Assembly (NCBI RefSeq): GCF_048593235.1
Contig: NC_133622.1
Location: 250,918,055-250,982,054, forward strand
Length of the DNA stretch: 64,000 bases
Source of the DNA: Sminthopsis crassicaudata
Taxonomy: Eukaryota
Reading direction: 5' to 3'
In this document: positions 1-26,720 of the stretch, one piece after another
How positions within the stretch are numbered: the first letter of the stretch is position 1
Layout: each line of letters opens with the position of its first letter
Program-made: the position numbers and the translations under genes
Notes under the pieces: model-generated
Databases searched by the model: none
What the model was told of the DNA's origin: nothing
What the model saw: only the letters and a program-made list of their open reading frames with translations

Positions 1-289
<289 letters not shown>

Positions 290-380
290 GCCCCAGACCC
301 CGGACACTGCTCGGCTCCCCGAGCTGCAGAGAAGGGTGCAGGCTGCCCTGCCCCGCGCCCGGCCAGCCTCTGCCCATGTA

Positions 381-386
381 TTTATT
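381..386 (-). terminator. Candidate LTBP3 poly(A) signal AATAAA (second candidate at 454-459)
   Basis: TTTATT on + at 381-386 and 454-459, downstream of the LTBP3 stop at 1048. Confidence 0.55.
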
Positions 387-446
387 GTACAAAGCCTGGC
401 CCAGCTGGCCCAGGACCCCTTTCCCCATGTACATAAGCAGAGCGGG

Positions 447-452
447 AATACA
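447..452 (+). terminator. Probable SCYL1 poly(A) signal (variant AATACA)
   Basis: AATACA about 160 nt after the stop. No AATAAA seen on + in this 3'UTR. Confidence 0.5.
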
Positions 453-1047
453 TTTTATTTCTAGTCCTGTGGAGTCCGGCCTGGAGTGTTGGATCATGGG
501 CTGGGCTGCCTGGGGGGGAGTGGGGGGGCGGGTGTTGGGCTGAGCGGGGGCCCCGACCGGCCGGGCTACCTCCTGTGGGGACCGAGGGGCGTCCCGAAGG
601 GCCAGGCTGCTTCTTCCATCTCCCCAAATAAGCGACCTCCAGGCTCCCCCTCCCCTCCCCCGTCCCCCCGCGAGTTAGGGCCAGAGCATTTCAGGGACCA
701 AGAACGGGAAGGACCCAGCTTTTATCTCTGCCGGCTCCATAGACACATCTGGGCGGGGGCGGGGTGGCCAGCAGCGGTCGGCCCGCGGGCAGGGAGCGCG
801 CCGCCTTCTGTTCCTAAGATACAATCTCCTCAGAGCCCGGGGCGGCGCCAGGCCGTGTCCACACAGTCCGGGAGCCCTGCACGGGGCAGCCCCGGCGCGG
901 CGTCCCCTCGGGCCCCGGCGCGGCCCTCGCTTCGTACCTGGCCTCGGCCCGTGGGAGCCAGGCGGGGGACAGCACCGGGAGAGCCTCTCCCTCCGCGGGG
1001 CGCCCTGCCCGCCGCCTCGGCCGGGCTCCGAGTCCAAGGGCGGGGGC

Positions 1048-14400
<13,353 letters not shown>

Positions 14401-15559
14401 CCCTGCCCCGGGCCTCAGTTTCCCTGTTCTGAAAGGAGGAGGTGGGTTCGGGTGGGGAGCCCCCCCAACTCCTCCCTCGGTGGAAGTCTGCGCAGGGCCA
14501 CAAGGCCCCATTTTGCTCCAGCTAACAATGACCCCTCCTCAGCCAGGAGTTCCCTCCCCCCTCACAGGCCCAGCCCTGGGGACGGAGGGCAGGAAAGGGG
14601 GCAAAGCCAGCACTCAGAGCGGCTAAGCACAGAAACAGATGGCAAAGCTCGGCCCCCACCGCCGAGGAGCCCCCTCCTTGTCGGCCCTCCTGAAACTTGG
14701 GGCTCTCTCCAGCCCCTCACCCGGTCCTGCCCCTCGGACCCTTCCTGGGCCCTGGTGGCCCACCTCCCAGCCCCGGGCCAGATCCCGCTGGTGTCTGGGC
14801 TGGGGCTGGCTCCCCGCCTCAGACAGTTCTGGCTGGAATAGCCAACGCCTGAGCTCAGGGCCTGGCCCCTTTCCCAGTCGGATGGCCCAGGAGAAGATGG
14901 GGAGCCAAACAGGGCCTGACCAGGAGATGGGGAGGAGGGAGGCACAGCTTTGGGGCCCAGTGCTTGTGAGAGGGGGTGGCGTGCCCCAAATGGAGAAACA
15001 GCCCCTCCGGCCCGCTCCCCCACCGGGGTCTGCTAAATGGATCAACTAGGAAGCCCCTGGCCTGAGTTGGGGCAGGGTGGGACCGTTGGTCTGCCAGCCA
15101 GGCCGGGGGAGGGGCTTCTCTGGAGGAGGGACCCCGGGCTCCGGAGCTCAGCTCCCCAGCCTTGGCTCAGCATCAATGGCCTGCTCAGCCCGTGGCACCG
15201 GACACATGACTGAACAGGGCCCTCCCCGGGCCCCTGGTTATGGGAAATACAGCTGAGCAAGAGATAGCCACAGGCAGACTCCATCCAACAAACTTATTTG
15301 GGGTTTATTAAGCACTTAAGTAAGCACCCAGAGACACTCAAATAACAAACACAGAGAAAATACCAGAGTGGATGGCACGGAACACTTCTGCTAATGTTTG
15401 TTCTCAGTAAAACTTGTAAAGACTCTTATTACAACTTTTATTTTTCTATTTTAATACCATTTCATTTAAGACTTGTTCGTCCCGTCATTTTTCAGTCCTG
15501 ACTCTCCCGAACCGCTTTGGAGGTTTTTTTCCTTGGCAAAGATCCTGAGGGGCTCGCCA

Positions 15560-15680
15560 TCTTCTCTGGCTCATTTTACTAGTGAGGAAATCAAGGCAAA
15601 CGGACTGAAGTGACTTGCCCAGGTTCACACAGCTACAAGTGTCTGAAGTCATATTTGAAAAGGACTCTCCCAGTCTCCAG
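15560..15680. mobile_element. MIR-family SINE fragment
   Basis: cattttactagtgaggaaatcaaggc...gtgacttgcccaggttcacacagcta matches the MIR core. Confidence 0.6.
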
Positions 15681-16039
15681 GTCCGGTGCCACAGGGTTGC
15701 CCCTTAAGTCATGAGAGGCAGTGAACAGAGCAATGATGGACTCGATCCAATCCTGTGTGGCCCTGGACACGTCGTGCACTTCTCTGGGGCTCAGACGGCT
15801 CTCTAAAATTTCTCCACAAGGTCACGGGACAGTGTGGAGTTTCCCACCACCAAAAAAAGCACAGATTCCTTAGACTTTCTAACTTTAAAAGGAATAGATA
15901 ATTTGCTATTACTTTTTAAAGTTGAAAAGGGTAAAAAGTAATAGGAAACGCCCTGGATCTCTTCCTAATAGCTTTTTTTTTTTTTTAAATTCCTTTACCT
16001 ATCATGGAATTTTTCTGGATTTTTCTGGATTTCGATGAT

Positions 16040-16205
16040 GGTTTACAAAGCACTCACTCTGGTAGACAGAGGTGCATTTGGCCCCGGGATCAGAAGGCCT
16101 GGGAATCCGGGCTTGATTCTGACCCTCTCAGGCTCTGCAATCCTGGATAAATCTCTTAATCTCTCTCTAGGCCTCAGTTTCTCCATCTGTCAAATAGGAG
16201 AAATT
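16040..16205. mobile_element. MIR-family SINE fragment
   Basis: ...ctctctaggcctcagtttctccatctgtcaaatagg is the MIR core. Confidence 0.55.
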
Positions 16206-16879
16206 CTCTCACTGCCTCCTAATTCTGGGCTCACACAGACTAGATGTGATCTGAGGGACCTTCAGCTTTTCTGTAGCTTTTTATCCCTGCCCTCCCCTCC
16301 TCCCAGTACACGGTTTTCAGTTCCCAAGCTAGCATTTGCTGAAAATAAGGAATGTTACCCTAGTCCAAATAAGACTTTATTTGCAGTCTTGGAAAAGGCA
16401 GGTTTCCTCCTAGACCTCAGTGCAGAAGTTCCCTTGGGAGGAGCTGAAGGGTTGTAGGAGGGCTATCATCATGTTTCCATTCTGGTGAAGCCCTGGCTCT
16501 GATCTCCTCCTCCCTCATTCTGACAATAGAGGCAACTGAAGTCCAGGGACTAAGACGTAGCTTACTTGGGATTTGAATCCAGGACCTCAACTCTATTCCA
16601 CCATGACAGGCGGAATCACCAGGATTAAATCCAGACACAAATAACCATGTGGGAGAGAAAATATGAGGGGGGGTCGTTAGCGGCACCCACGCCTCCCAAC
16701 ATGTTCTGTGATGAAAGTTCCCTGGCATACGTTTGTCTCCTCCCTTGGCAATTCGGACAAACGGGCCGGATTTTCTGGCTCAAAAGATTTCGGGGACAAA
16801 CCAAGTGACAGCATCCTGAAATCTGCAGGGGACCAATGACCCACTCTCCAGTTGAAATATGACCAGAAAGGAAGAGGGG

Positions 16880-17078
16880 NNNNNNNNNNNNNNNNNNNNN
16901 NNNNNNNNNNNNNNNNNNNNNNNNNNNNNNNNNNNNNNNNNNNNNNNNNNNNNNNNNNNNNNNNNNNNNNNNNNNNNNNNNNNNNNNNNNNNNNNNNNNN
17001 NNNNNNNNNNNNNNNNNNNNNNNNNNNNNNNNNNNNNNNNNNNNNNNNNNNNNNNNNNNNNNNNNNNNNNNNNNNNNN
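16880..17078. other. Assembly gap (N run)
   Basis: Run of n. Confidence 0.99.
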
Positions 17079-17844
17079 GGATTCGGGGGTTGTAGCGATC
17101 ACATGAAAGGAAATTACTTCATAAGTGCCGACTGAATGGCCATCTCCTGGCCATCCCATGGGGACTCAGTATAAACCTTTGAAAAGTTTACAATCAGTCT
17201 GGGGCAATGGTGTAACTAGGGCAGGACAAATAGGGCTTTGTCCCCAGGCCCTGACATGAGGTAGAGGTGACTACTGTTCTCAAAGGTTCTATTCACTCCC
17301 CTAAAGTGTAGCCGTAGACAGGGGCCTGTCAGAGCTGACCCTCTCCCGTGATCTCATTTCCTCACCAACCCCTGTGGTTATAAAGGTTGAACTCCCCAGT
17401 GGGGATCTATCCCATCTGAACCAGTAGTCAAACTACCCTCTGTCCCTAGCTCTTCCACAGGTGATAGAGGTTCTTTAAAAGATCTATTTAAAAGTGGAAA
17501 GCCATTAGCCAGGCCTTGGTCTCTCCGGCTGAGCCCTTCAGAAATGATTTTTGTGGACCAGCTTTTTGGGGAGTTTGGGACAGGAATGGTCCAGAGATCC
17601 CTGGCTCAGCAGTGATATCTGAGTCCTGGAGGCCCCTAACCTCTCCTCATCCTTCCCGGGATGGAAGAGTCAGGTAACAGGAATCTCCAACGTGCAAATG
17701 ACTGCTCTTCCTTTTTGTCTTACTGGGAATTAGGATTTCACTTGGGGAACTTCTCTGGAACACATTGGCTTCTCAGTGTGAAAGTCAGCTCTGAAATCCC
17801 AGCTCGGTCAGCCCTATGCTAGGCTCCGAGTCAGCTTAAGTCTA

Positions 17845-18085
17845 GATGCAGATGCATTTATTAAGTGTTTACTGTGTGCCGGGCAAACCTCCCAGGCCCT
17901 GCCTGCAAGAAACTTCCACTCTAATGACAGCTGTGAGAATTCAGGATCCTGGTTCTACCTGCCAAGGGATTTGCTGTAAGGCACAGAGCTGGTCCACTCT
18001 CAGGGACCTCAGTTTCCTTATCTGTAAAGTGGAACATTCACTGTCCTTACAGCAAAAGGTCATTGTGAGAAAAAGTTCTGAGGCC
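17845..18085. mobile_element. L2 tail fragment followed by a MIR fragment
   Basis: gcatttattaagtgtttactgtgtgcc (L2 tail, reverse) and cctcagtttccttatctgtaaagtgg (MIR core). Confidence 0.5.
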
Positions 18086-18679
18086 ATGCCTGGGTCCGGC
18101 AGGTGAAATCGGCAGGATGGCTTCACGTGGGGCCAGAACCAGAGGCCTGGATCTGCAATCCGGGGAGGCTCAATGCCACCAGGCTGGCATCAGGGGGGGG
18201 ATGTTTGGCTGCCAACGACAATGTTCTGTCAGGGGTAGGAGGCCCTATTCTCAGGAAGTCTCATAATTATGTTTTGTTTTTATCGAACAGTATTTCCGCC
18301 TATAACTAGTCTTCCTGCAGGGAGAATTCCTTTGTAACAAATGGAATACCTAACAGAATACCCTCCCCCGACCCTCAGGGTATGTCTCCTGGAGAAGGTC
18401 ACCCTAAGGTTCAAGAGGACTCTCTGGGTCCATGTCCACTAGAACCATTGCTTTTGAGCCCCTAGCAATGCAGTCAGCCAGAAGATGCAATATAGTTAGG
18501 GCAAATGCATTTACGAAACAGCAGGTAAGAAAGTAGCTACAAAGAATCCTCCCCCATAAACCCACCAAAACGTATCAGTGGGAAAAATGGACACAGAAGG
18601 GGAACAAATGTGGAGAAGCACAAACCTGTGGAATGGAGGTAACGTCCGGAGGCAGGGCAGTTATCTGTGGATGTTGTAT

Positions 18680-18890
18680 TATTAAGACAACTCTGAGATA
18701 CCACCACACACCTGCCAGGTTGGCTAAGATGACAGGAAAAGATAATGATGAATGTTGGAGGGGATGTGGGAAAACTGGGACACTGATACATTGTTGGTGG
18801 AACTGCGGGTGGATGCATCCATTCTGAGAGCCATCTGGAACTATGCTCGGAGTTATCAAACTGTGTGATGTCACTGTATAGCTCCCACCC
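18680..18890 (+). mobile_element. LINE1 ORF2 C-terminal fragment (marsupial type)
   Basis: Translates to IKTTLRYHHTPARLAKMTGKDNDECWRGCGKTGTLIHCWW, the Cys-rich L1 ORF2 C-terminal motif; a stop follows. Confidence 0.9.
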
Positions 18891-19399
18891 ATTATCTCCA
18901 GCAGGAGTGCTGGGTACAGCCCTACAGGCCACAGGCTGCTTCCGGGGCTCATGATTTCAGGCCGCAGTCCGTGGCTCAGGGTCTCCTCGCTCTTCCTCCC
19001 GAACAGGGGGCTTTGTGGTGCTCTCAGGTCTAGGCCCAAGGAGGCTTTAAGAAGGTTATCTCCAAGAACAGCCAACGCCAAACATTAACCAAAACCAAAC
19101 CCGTTCTTTGGGGGGAAAACAAAGACCTGCGGTTTTGCCTCAGCTAGGGTCCCCCTAAGGCTGTGGTTTAGGCAGAACCGGGCTCTCCCCGGGAACTAAG
19201 AGCAGGCTCATCCCTAAGTTTAGTGCCCCGCCCGGCTGCCGGGAAATGAAGCTTCCGGCTCCTTCCCTAACTTAGGATATCAGGCTTTTAGGGGCCCAAC
19301 GCCGCTGGGTGGCTTCTGTCACTGCAGTGCTCTTCGCTCTCCAGTGGGAGGAGGGATTCCAAGCCGGGGAGCAAGGGCCTCTCCCTTACCCCGTCTCTA

Positions 19400-20500
19400 C
19401 TCCGGCTTCCACAGAACTTTCAGAGTAAAAAGCTCCAAAACGAGAATGAGAAAAGCCACCCGTGACGGCCCACGAGGTCCGGACCCCTCGCGCGTCTCCC
19501 CGTCTGCGGGGGTGGGGGAAGAGAGCCAGACCAGGCAGGGATAAGGACGACGACGAGCGCCCACAGATGGATGCCAGGCGGAGGCAGCACTGCGGGTGGG
19601 CAGAGCCTCGTCCCGGCTACAAGGGCAGAGCCGAGCCGGGGATCGGGGCGCCCATTTTGTGGAGGAGGCTTAGGTCCTCTGGCTGTGGCGGGACTAGAAC
19701 GCGCTTCCCGGCCCCGCCCTCGGGCTCTGGAAACTGCCTTTTCCTGGAGGGCGGGGCTGAGCGCCGCGGAGGCGCCACGTGACTCAGTCTCCGTGGCAAC
19801 GCCTTAGCGCGTCTCAACCTCCCTCCCTCTTCTCTCCGCCTCCGGGGTGAATCCCCGCCTCCCTCTCTTCCAGCCCCACGAGAGGGGAGGAACCGTCGGG
19901 CCTCGGGGCTCCGGAAGCGCGGCCCGCCCTCGTCCCGCCCCCTCACTGCCGCAAGTGGACGATCGGGTGAGAACGTCATTTCCAGAGACTGAGAGCGAGT
20001 CCAGTTACCGCGGCGCCGGCGCTTGCGTCACTTCCGGCGCGGTGTTTGGTAGCGGCGGCAACGGCGACATGGCTCTGAACGGAGCAGGTGGGGCCGAGCC
20101 GGGGCCGGGGGAGGGACGGGGCGGAGGCCGGATCTGGGCCAGCCCAGGGAGGGCCCAGGGTGGGGACGGAGGCCGGGGTCCGGGGGCGAGCCTCCTCACC
20201 GGCTCCGGGGGCCTCGCGTCCACAGAGGCCGGCGAATCGGAGTGGGAGCCGCCTTCGGAGGCCGAGACCAAGGTGCTGCAGGCGCGACGCGAGCGGCAGG
20301 ATCGCATCTCCCGCCTCATGGGCGACTACCTGCTGTGCGGCTACCGCATGCTGGGGGACACGTGCCAGGACTGCGGGGTGCGTGGCTTCATTCTCTCGTG
20401 GCCCAGGGGGGCGGGGCGGGGCCGCCGATGAGAACCAACTGCGCCTGCGCACAAGGTGGGGTGAATGACGATTGTAAATAGAAAACATTAGCAAACTGGC
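19400..20500. promoter_or_regulatory. CpG island promoter of ZNRD2
   Basis: CpG dense. ETS-CRE composite TGCGTCACTTCCGG at 20024-20037, E-box/AP-1 overlap CACGTGACTCAG at 19776-19787, RFX X-box-like GTCTCCGTGGCAAC at 19787-19800. Confidence 0.8.
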
Positions 20501-21684
20501 AGAGTAAGTGGGGGAAGGGGTGTTCCAGTGACTCCATGGGGATCCGCAGGGGCTTCCTTCTGGGGGTGACCCTGAGCTGAGCTTTGATGAAAACGGAGAC
20601 ACCCCCCTCCCTTGTGCCAGGAGAGTCCTGGCTTCACTCCCACCGAAGGCCGGGGGAACCGCCCCCTCTTTCTGCCCCCTGTACCCTTGGCTTCCTTCAC
20701 AGTCCCTCCCGGAGGCTGCATGGGAGGCAGCTCCTCTGTGTCCCATCCTGACCCTCAGTGTCCTCCTCAGGGAAGAGATGACCTTCCCAGCTCTAGATAG
20801 GTGTCCTGCATCCTTCGGAAACCTTCCTGCTTATTAGCCTCCTGTAGGCGGACTGGTGTCTGGGTGGGAACTGGAGGAAATGTTCGGAGGGACCCCGACC
20901 ACTTCGAGCCAGGGCCGGGCACGTCCTTGAGCTTTAGAGGATTCCTCCCCTCCAGGAACACAGAGAAGTAGAATTCTTTGGACTTCTTCTTTTCCAGACC
21001 ATTTTACTCCAAGACAAACAGCGAAAAACTTACTGTGTAGCTTGTCAGGAGCTGAATTCAGACGTGGACAAAGATAACCCAGGTGAGGGGGTCCTGGGGA
21101 TCCTTAAGGGGAGAGAAGGTCAGAGCCTCTGCTCTGGGTGTCCTAGAGGTGCAGAAGATGTTCTTCCTGGGCCAGAGAAGCTCAGGTGATCAAGGGGACA
21201 ACTCTCCAGTAGGCAGGCCGATTTGTATGAGACAAGGGGCTGAGAAAGATGGGGTGATAGGCCCTAATCTGGGGGAGCAGCCTCGTAGGGACCATGCCCT
21301 GTCAGTTTCCCCTGTGATGTCCTCTTCCTTCTAGCTCTGAATGCCCAGGCTGCTCTCTCCCAAGCCCGTGAACACCAGCTAGCCTCCTCAGAGCTCCCCA
21401 CTGCTTCTCGACCAGCCCCACAGCCCCCTGTCCCCCGGCCAGAGCACTGTGAGGGGGCAGCTGCCGGGCTCAGGGCTGCCCAGGGGCCTTCTTCCACCTT
21501 GGCTCCCACAGCATCTCTGGCCCCAGATGTCTTGGCAGCCTCCCAGTCGGCTTTACTTCAGAAACTTGCCTGGGCCTCAGGAGAACTGGGCCCGAGCACC
21601 TCTTTGGAAGGAAGCATCCAGCTCTGCACCCTGATCCGGGTCTGTGCTGAAGCCCTGCAAGGCATTCGCCAGCTGCAACAGTGA
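20069..21684 (+). CDS. ZNRD2: Zinc ribbon domain-containing 2 (SSSCA1/p27), 4 exons, 201 aa
   Basis: Exons 20069-20087, 20226-20377, 20998-21082, 21335-21684 (606 nt). MALNGA|EAGESEWEPPSEAETKVLQARRERQDRISRLMGDY...CQDCG|TILLQDKQRKTYCVAC...ALLQKLAWAS...QLQQ*. Confidence 0.96.
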
Positions 21685-22669
21685 GGGGCCCCGAAAAAGA
21701 AGAAGGGTCCCCGGGGGCTGGACTTGTCCAGTGTATGGGTCCAGGGTTTATTATGAATAGCTGCAAGAGAAAGGCACAGAAAAAACATTGGCCCCGTGTG
21801 GTTTGTTCCTTCCCTCTCCATGCCTCTCCAGTCAGGATGTCGCTGCCTCTGGCCGAAAGACCCCTGGGCCTGTGGGGCCCCCGGTGGGGCCGTTCTTGGG
21901 TGACCAAAGTCAATCCACTTCTGGGGATCCCAGGGGAACCCGAGGCTCATGGCCCTTGCCCACAGTCCTTGCTGATGTACCTTTCCTGTGTGTGGGGGGG
22001 TACCCTGGCACATTTGGGGGGCAGTGAGATACAGGGGTAGGAGGTGCCCCAAGTTCAGAAAAGAGATAAAACCCAGAAAGGAAGCGAGCTACCCCCAGGC
22101 AGGGTCCTCCTGCTGCAGAGAAACAAGACCCAGGATGTTGTGGGTCTGCCCCAGGTGACTTTGCCAAGGAAAAATCCAACTGCTGGTAGATGGAGGGGGC
22201 GGGTCTAAGTGATGACAAAAGATATAAACACTACTCCCCCAGGGCTTGATAACCTTGTGCCATGAAGGGGAGGGAGAGGGACTAGGGTCAGCTCGAACTG
22301 CCGGAGGGGCGGACAGTAGGAACCTGAAGTTGGGCAGGCCCGGTGACCTTGGAGTCCAAATTCATTCCCCACCCCAAAGTCCGAGTTCTCACTCCCAGAG
22401 CTCCATGGGCGGAGGGAAATGACTCGGGGGCCCTCTGCAGCCTCGATGCCGGCCAGCCCGGAGCCTGAAGCCTCTCGAGGCAGAGCAGCGGCCGAAGGCG
22501 GGGTGCCCACTGCTCCCCAGAGCAAAGTGAGGGCCCAGGGGGCTCTGCCCACTTCTCCATCCCGCCTCCCACTGACGTCTCCTCCCACCTTAAAGGAGCG
22601 ACGTCCTCTTCCCTTTCTCCCGCTTGGGCCTGCCTTAGGAGCATCCCGAGAAGCTTGGAGCTGGGGTGA

Positions 22670-23673
<1,004 letters not shown>

Positions 23674-24277
23674 GGATGGAGCCGGCGGCCCGGGCCCCCT
23701 CCCCCAGCGCTGGGCAGCCAGGCCCCCGCACACCCCCCCCCCCAGCCCTCCGATCTCTCACTGTGTTAGTTAAAGGGAACGGCTGGGGCCCGGAGCTGGG
23801 TGCAACCGCTTTCCCTGCCTTCCTTCAGGAGCCTCTCCCCAGGAGAGATCCAGGATCCTCTTTATTTCCCACCCAATCCTAGCCAGCCTTAGGCGAACTA
23901 ACCCCCCACGCCCACTTCTCCCCTTCCGGGGCTTCTGGGCGCCCTCAGGCCTCTGGCTTGGGCAAGGAAAGCAGCGTCTGAGGGGCTTGGCGCCCCTGGT
24001 ATCCCAAGAGCCTCCCCTGCTAACGGTCAGCCTGGCTCCAGGTCCAAGACAAGCAGATAGCATGGCCGAGGGGAACAGCTCCGGGATCCACTTAAGCTGC
24101 CCCCAGTAGCGCTAGCCGAGGGGTCACATCCAGAGCTGGCTCGACTATTGGGTCAGACCCGCCCCTCCCCCGCTCCCAGGGGTGGCCCGGCTCCCCGCCC
24201 CCGGCTGCGGGTCAGGCTGGGCGGGGCCCTGCCCATTATTTAACGCGCTAGGGTCTTGGCCCCCGGGCCCCGCAAAT

Positions 24278-24283
24278 AATAAA
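24278..24283 (+). terminator. FAM89B poly(A) signal AATAAA
   Basis: First AATAAA I saw after the FAM89B stop, about 600 nt downstream. Confidence 0.65.
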
Positions 24284-25549
24284 CGGCTCTAGTCTCTGCT
24301 GAGATCTCGTCTTCTGTGAGATGAGGCGGGGGAGAGGGGTGTGCTGGGACAGTGGGGACCGGCTGCAGCGTCTCCTTCCGCCAGCAGGTGGCGCTGGCGC
24401 CGCACAGCCCGGTGGGGGCTCTCTGAAGTTGCCTGGGACTGGCAGCGAGGGCCAGCCGCCAGGCCCGTGTGTGAGAAGCCTCGGAGGGCAGGGCTCCGAT
24501 CGCGGTTCTGCCCCCTCGGAGCGTCCGAGGCTGGGCGAGAAGGCCCTTCCCTTCTGGGCCCCCACTTTCTCTTCAGGACTGAGGAGCCGGCTGGCTTGGA
24601 GATACGAAGTGCCTTTGGCTGAATTTGGCCCCATTTGGAGCCAAGGGGGGTGGGGGTGGGGTGGAAGTGGAAGGAACCGTCCATCTTGAGGGAAACTTTC
24701 CACCCAGGCTGGGGGTGGGGTTGAAGCTGAGGCTGGGGCTCACGCTGGGGCAGGAAGTGAGAGGGCTGCGCTCCCGGGCCCAGCTTTGGGGCCGTTCCCC
24801 TGGGGAGGAAGGGAGGGAGGAAGGAGCTGAGGGCCTGCTGCCCCACCCCCTCCCCCTCGCCTGGAGGGCGGAACTGAGGAGACCCTGTTCCTTAAAAGGG
24901 AGACGCTCAGTGTTTGGGGGTGGGGGGCTTTCAGATCCTCCAAATAATGCACCCCAACTCCGTCCTCATTCTGGCCTCTCGTGCAAAGGCGCAGCCTGAG
25001 TCCTCCCAAGGCCCCGCCCAGCCCGGGAACCCCCTCTCCCCGCGCGCCAGGAAGCGGCCAGAAACCCGGCCAGATGGGCCGCAGACGCCTCCCGCCCTCC
25101 TCCCTGCCCGGCCCCCTCCCCAAGCCTTCACAGAGAGCGGAGCCCAGAACGCCGCCGCCAGTGGGGGGGACGCTCAGGGCAGAGCAAGCGGACTCTGAAT
25201 GGATGACTAGAGCAGAGAGTGGTCAGTCACAGGGACGGCTTTATAGACGGGTCTCCCCACAACCTGCCGCACGTCCCAAGGGAAGCGCGGCTCCCATTTT
25301 ACAGAGGAGGAAACTGAGTCTTTGGAGAGATTAAGTACCTTGGGAAAGCTCACACACCTAGTGTCAAGAGGGGGGAGGGGCTTAAATCTCCCTCTTCCTC
25401 AAACCCCTTGATGTGCCCGCTGCCTCATTGACACCACTGTGGGGAGGGGGGCGGGGCCGCCATACCGAGTCCCTCCCTCCTCCCTCCCCTAGTTCCCGCA
25501 GCATTCTATCCCCCCCCCCCCCATCTCCAGACTTAGCCTTGGCCCGGGA

Positions 25550-26720
25550 GTTCTCTCGGCAGGGAATTCCCTTCTGAGGAAACTCCTTTTCCGGGTCCCC
25601 TCTTACAGAAGCGGCCGCTGGTCCCTCCGCCGCGCAGGCCCCCCCCGCCCCCCCAGTGATGGATTTCGCACAAGGGGCCACCCGCGGGGGTGCGAGCCCA
25701 GCGCCCCGCGCTCCTGCCCCCACCTCCCCCCACCACGCGCCCGCCCTCCCGCACAGGCTGAGCCCCGGACAGCTCCCAACAACCTCGGGCGCGGAGGGCA
25801 CTGCCCCTCCCGAGCAGCCCCCAGGGGCCCTTCCCCCCCACCTCGGGGAGGTCTGTCCCGGGGCCCGCGCCCACGAGGGATCGAAGGAGCGCACCGGCCG
25901 CCTCGCACAGCCCGCAGCCGCCCCGCCACCCGCCAGCCCGCACGCAGAGTTGACAGCACACTTCCCCGCCCCGCCCCTCCTCCTCCTCCTCCTCCTCCTC
26001 CTCCTCTTCTTCCTCCTCCTCCTCCTCCTCCTCCTCCTCTCTGCCTCACAGGCCTCCGGGTCCCCAGGACAGGCTCCCCCTCCCTCCCGCCCCGCCCCTC
26101 CCCCTTCTCCGCCCTCCTTCCGTGGGGGGGGGGGTGCGGCTCCAGGAAACCGGCGCCCAGTCCGCTCGCTGCGAGTGTCCCTCAGCTCTCGGGCGCGCGC
26201 CCCCAGCTCAGCCGGGAGCTCCCAAACTTGGTCGCGGCAGAGCCCGGGTCCGAGACTTCGTCCCAGCTGCCCGAGACGGGCCTGGACGGGACGGGCCGGG
26301 CCGGCCGGGACTGGACCGGACCCCGGGGGACGCTCCGGACCGAGAGCCGGGGTGTCGGGCCTCGGACTTCGTGGGGCCGGCCCCCGAGGGCAGTGAGTGA
26401 GCGGCCCGGCCCAGCCTCCGGTAACGGGATGGAGCCCCGAGCTCCGGTGGGGGCTGCTGGCCGCCGCGTCTGAGGGGAGGGGGCCGAGGCGAGGGAGGCC
26501 ATGACCTCGGTGTGGAAGCGGCTCCAGCGCGTGGGGAAACGCGCCGCCAAGTTCCATTTCGTGGCGTGTTATCAGGAGCTGGTGGTGGAGTGCACCAAGA
26601 AATGGTGAGTGAGCGCCGGCCCCACTGTGCCCCCTGCCAGGCTGGCACTGCCCCCTCCCTGGGCCCGGTCAGCCCCCCCACCGGCTCCAGCCCCCCGCCC
26701 CGGGGGTGGGAGGGGGCTTC
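25550..26720. promoter_or_regulatory. CpG island / EHBP1L1 promoter and exon 1
   Basis: CpG-dense, GC-box-rich region ending at the ATG (26501). Confidence 0.8.
25976..26040 (+). repeat. (CCT)n microsatellite with a CTT interruption
   Basis: About 21 triplets read directly. Confidence 0.95.

Noticed and set aside
18633-18827. 64-aa Cys/Trp-rich ORF as a small gene
   Set aside because: It is a LINE1 ORF2 C-terminal fragment.
25656-26396. 246-aa ORF with poly-Leu, and poly-Arg/poly-Gly ORFs on the other strand
   Set aside because: Produced by the (CCT)n tract within a stop-poor CpG island.
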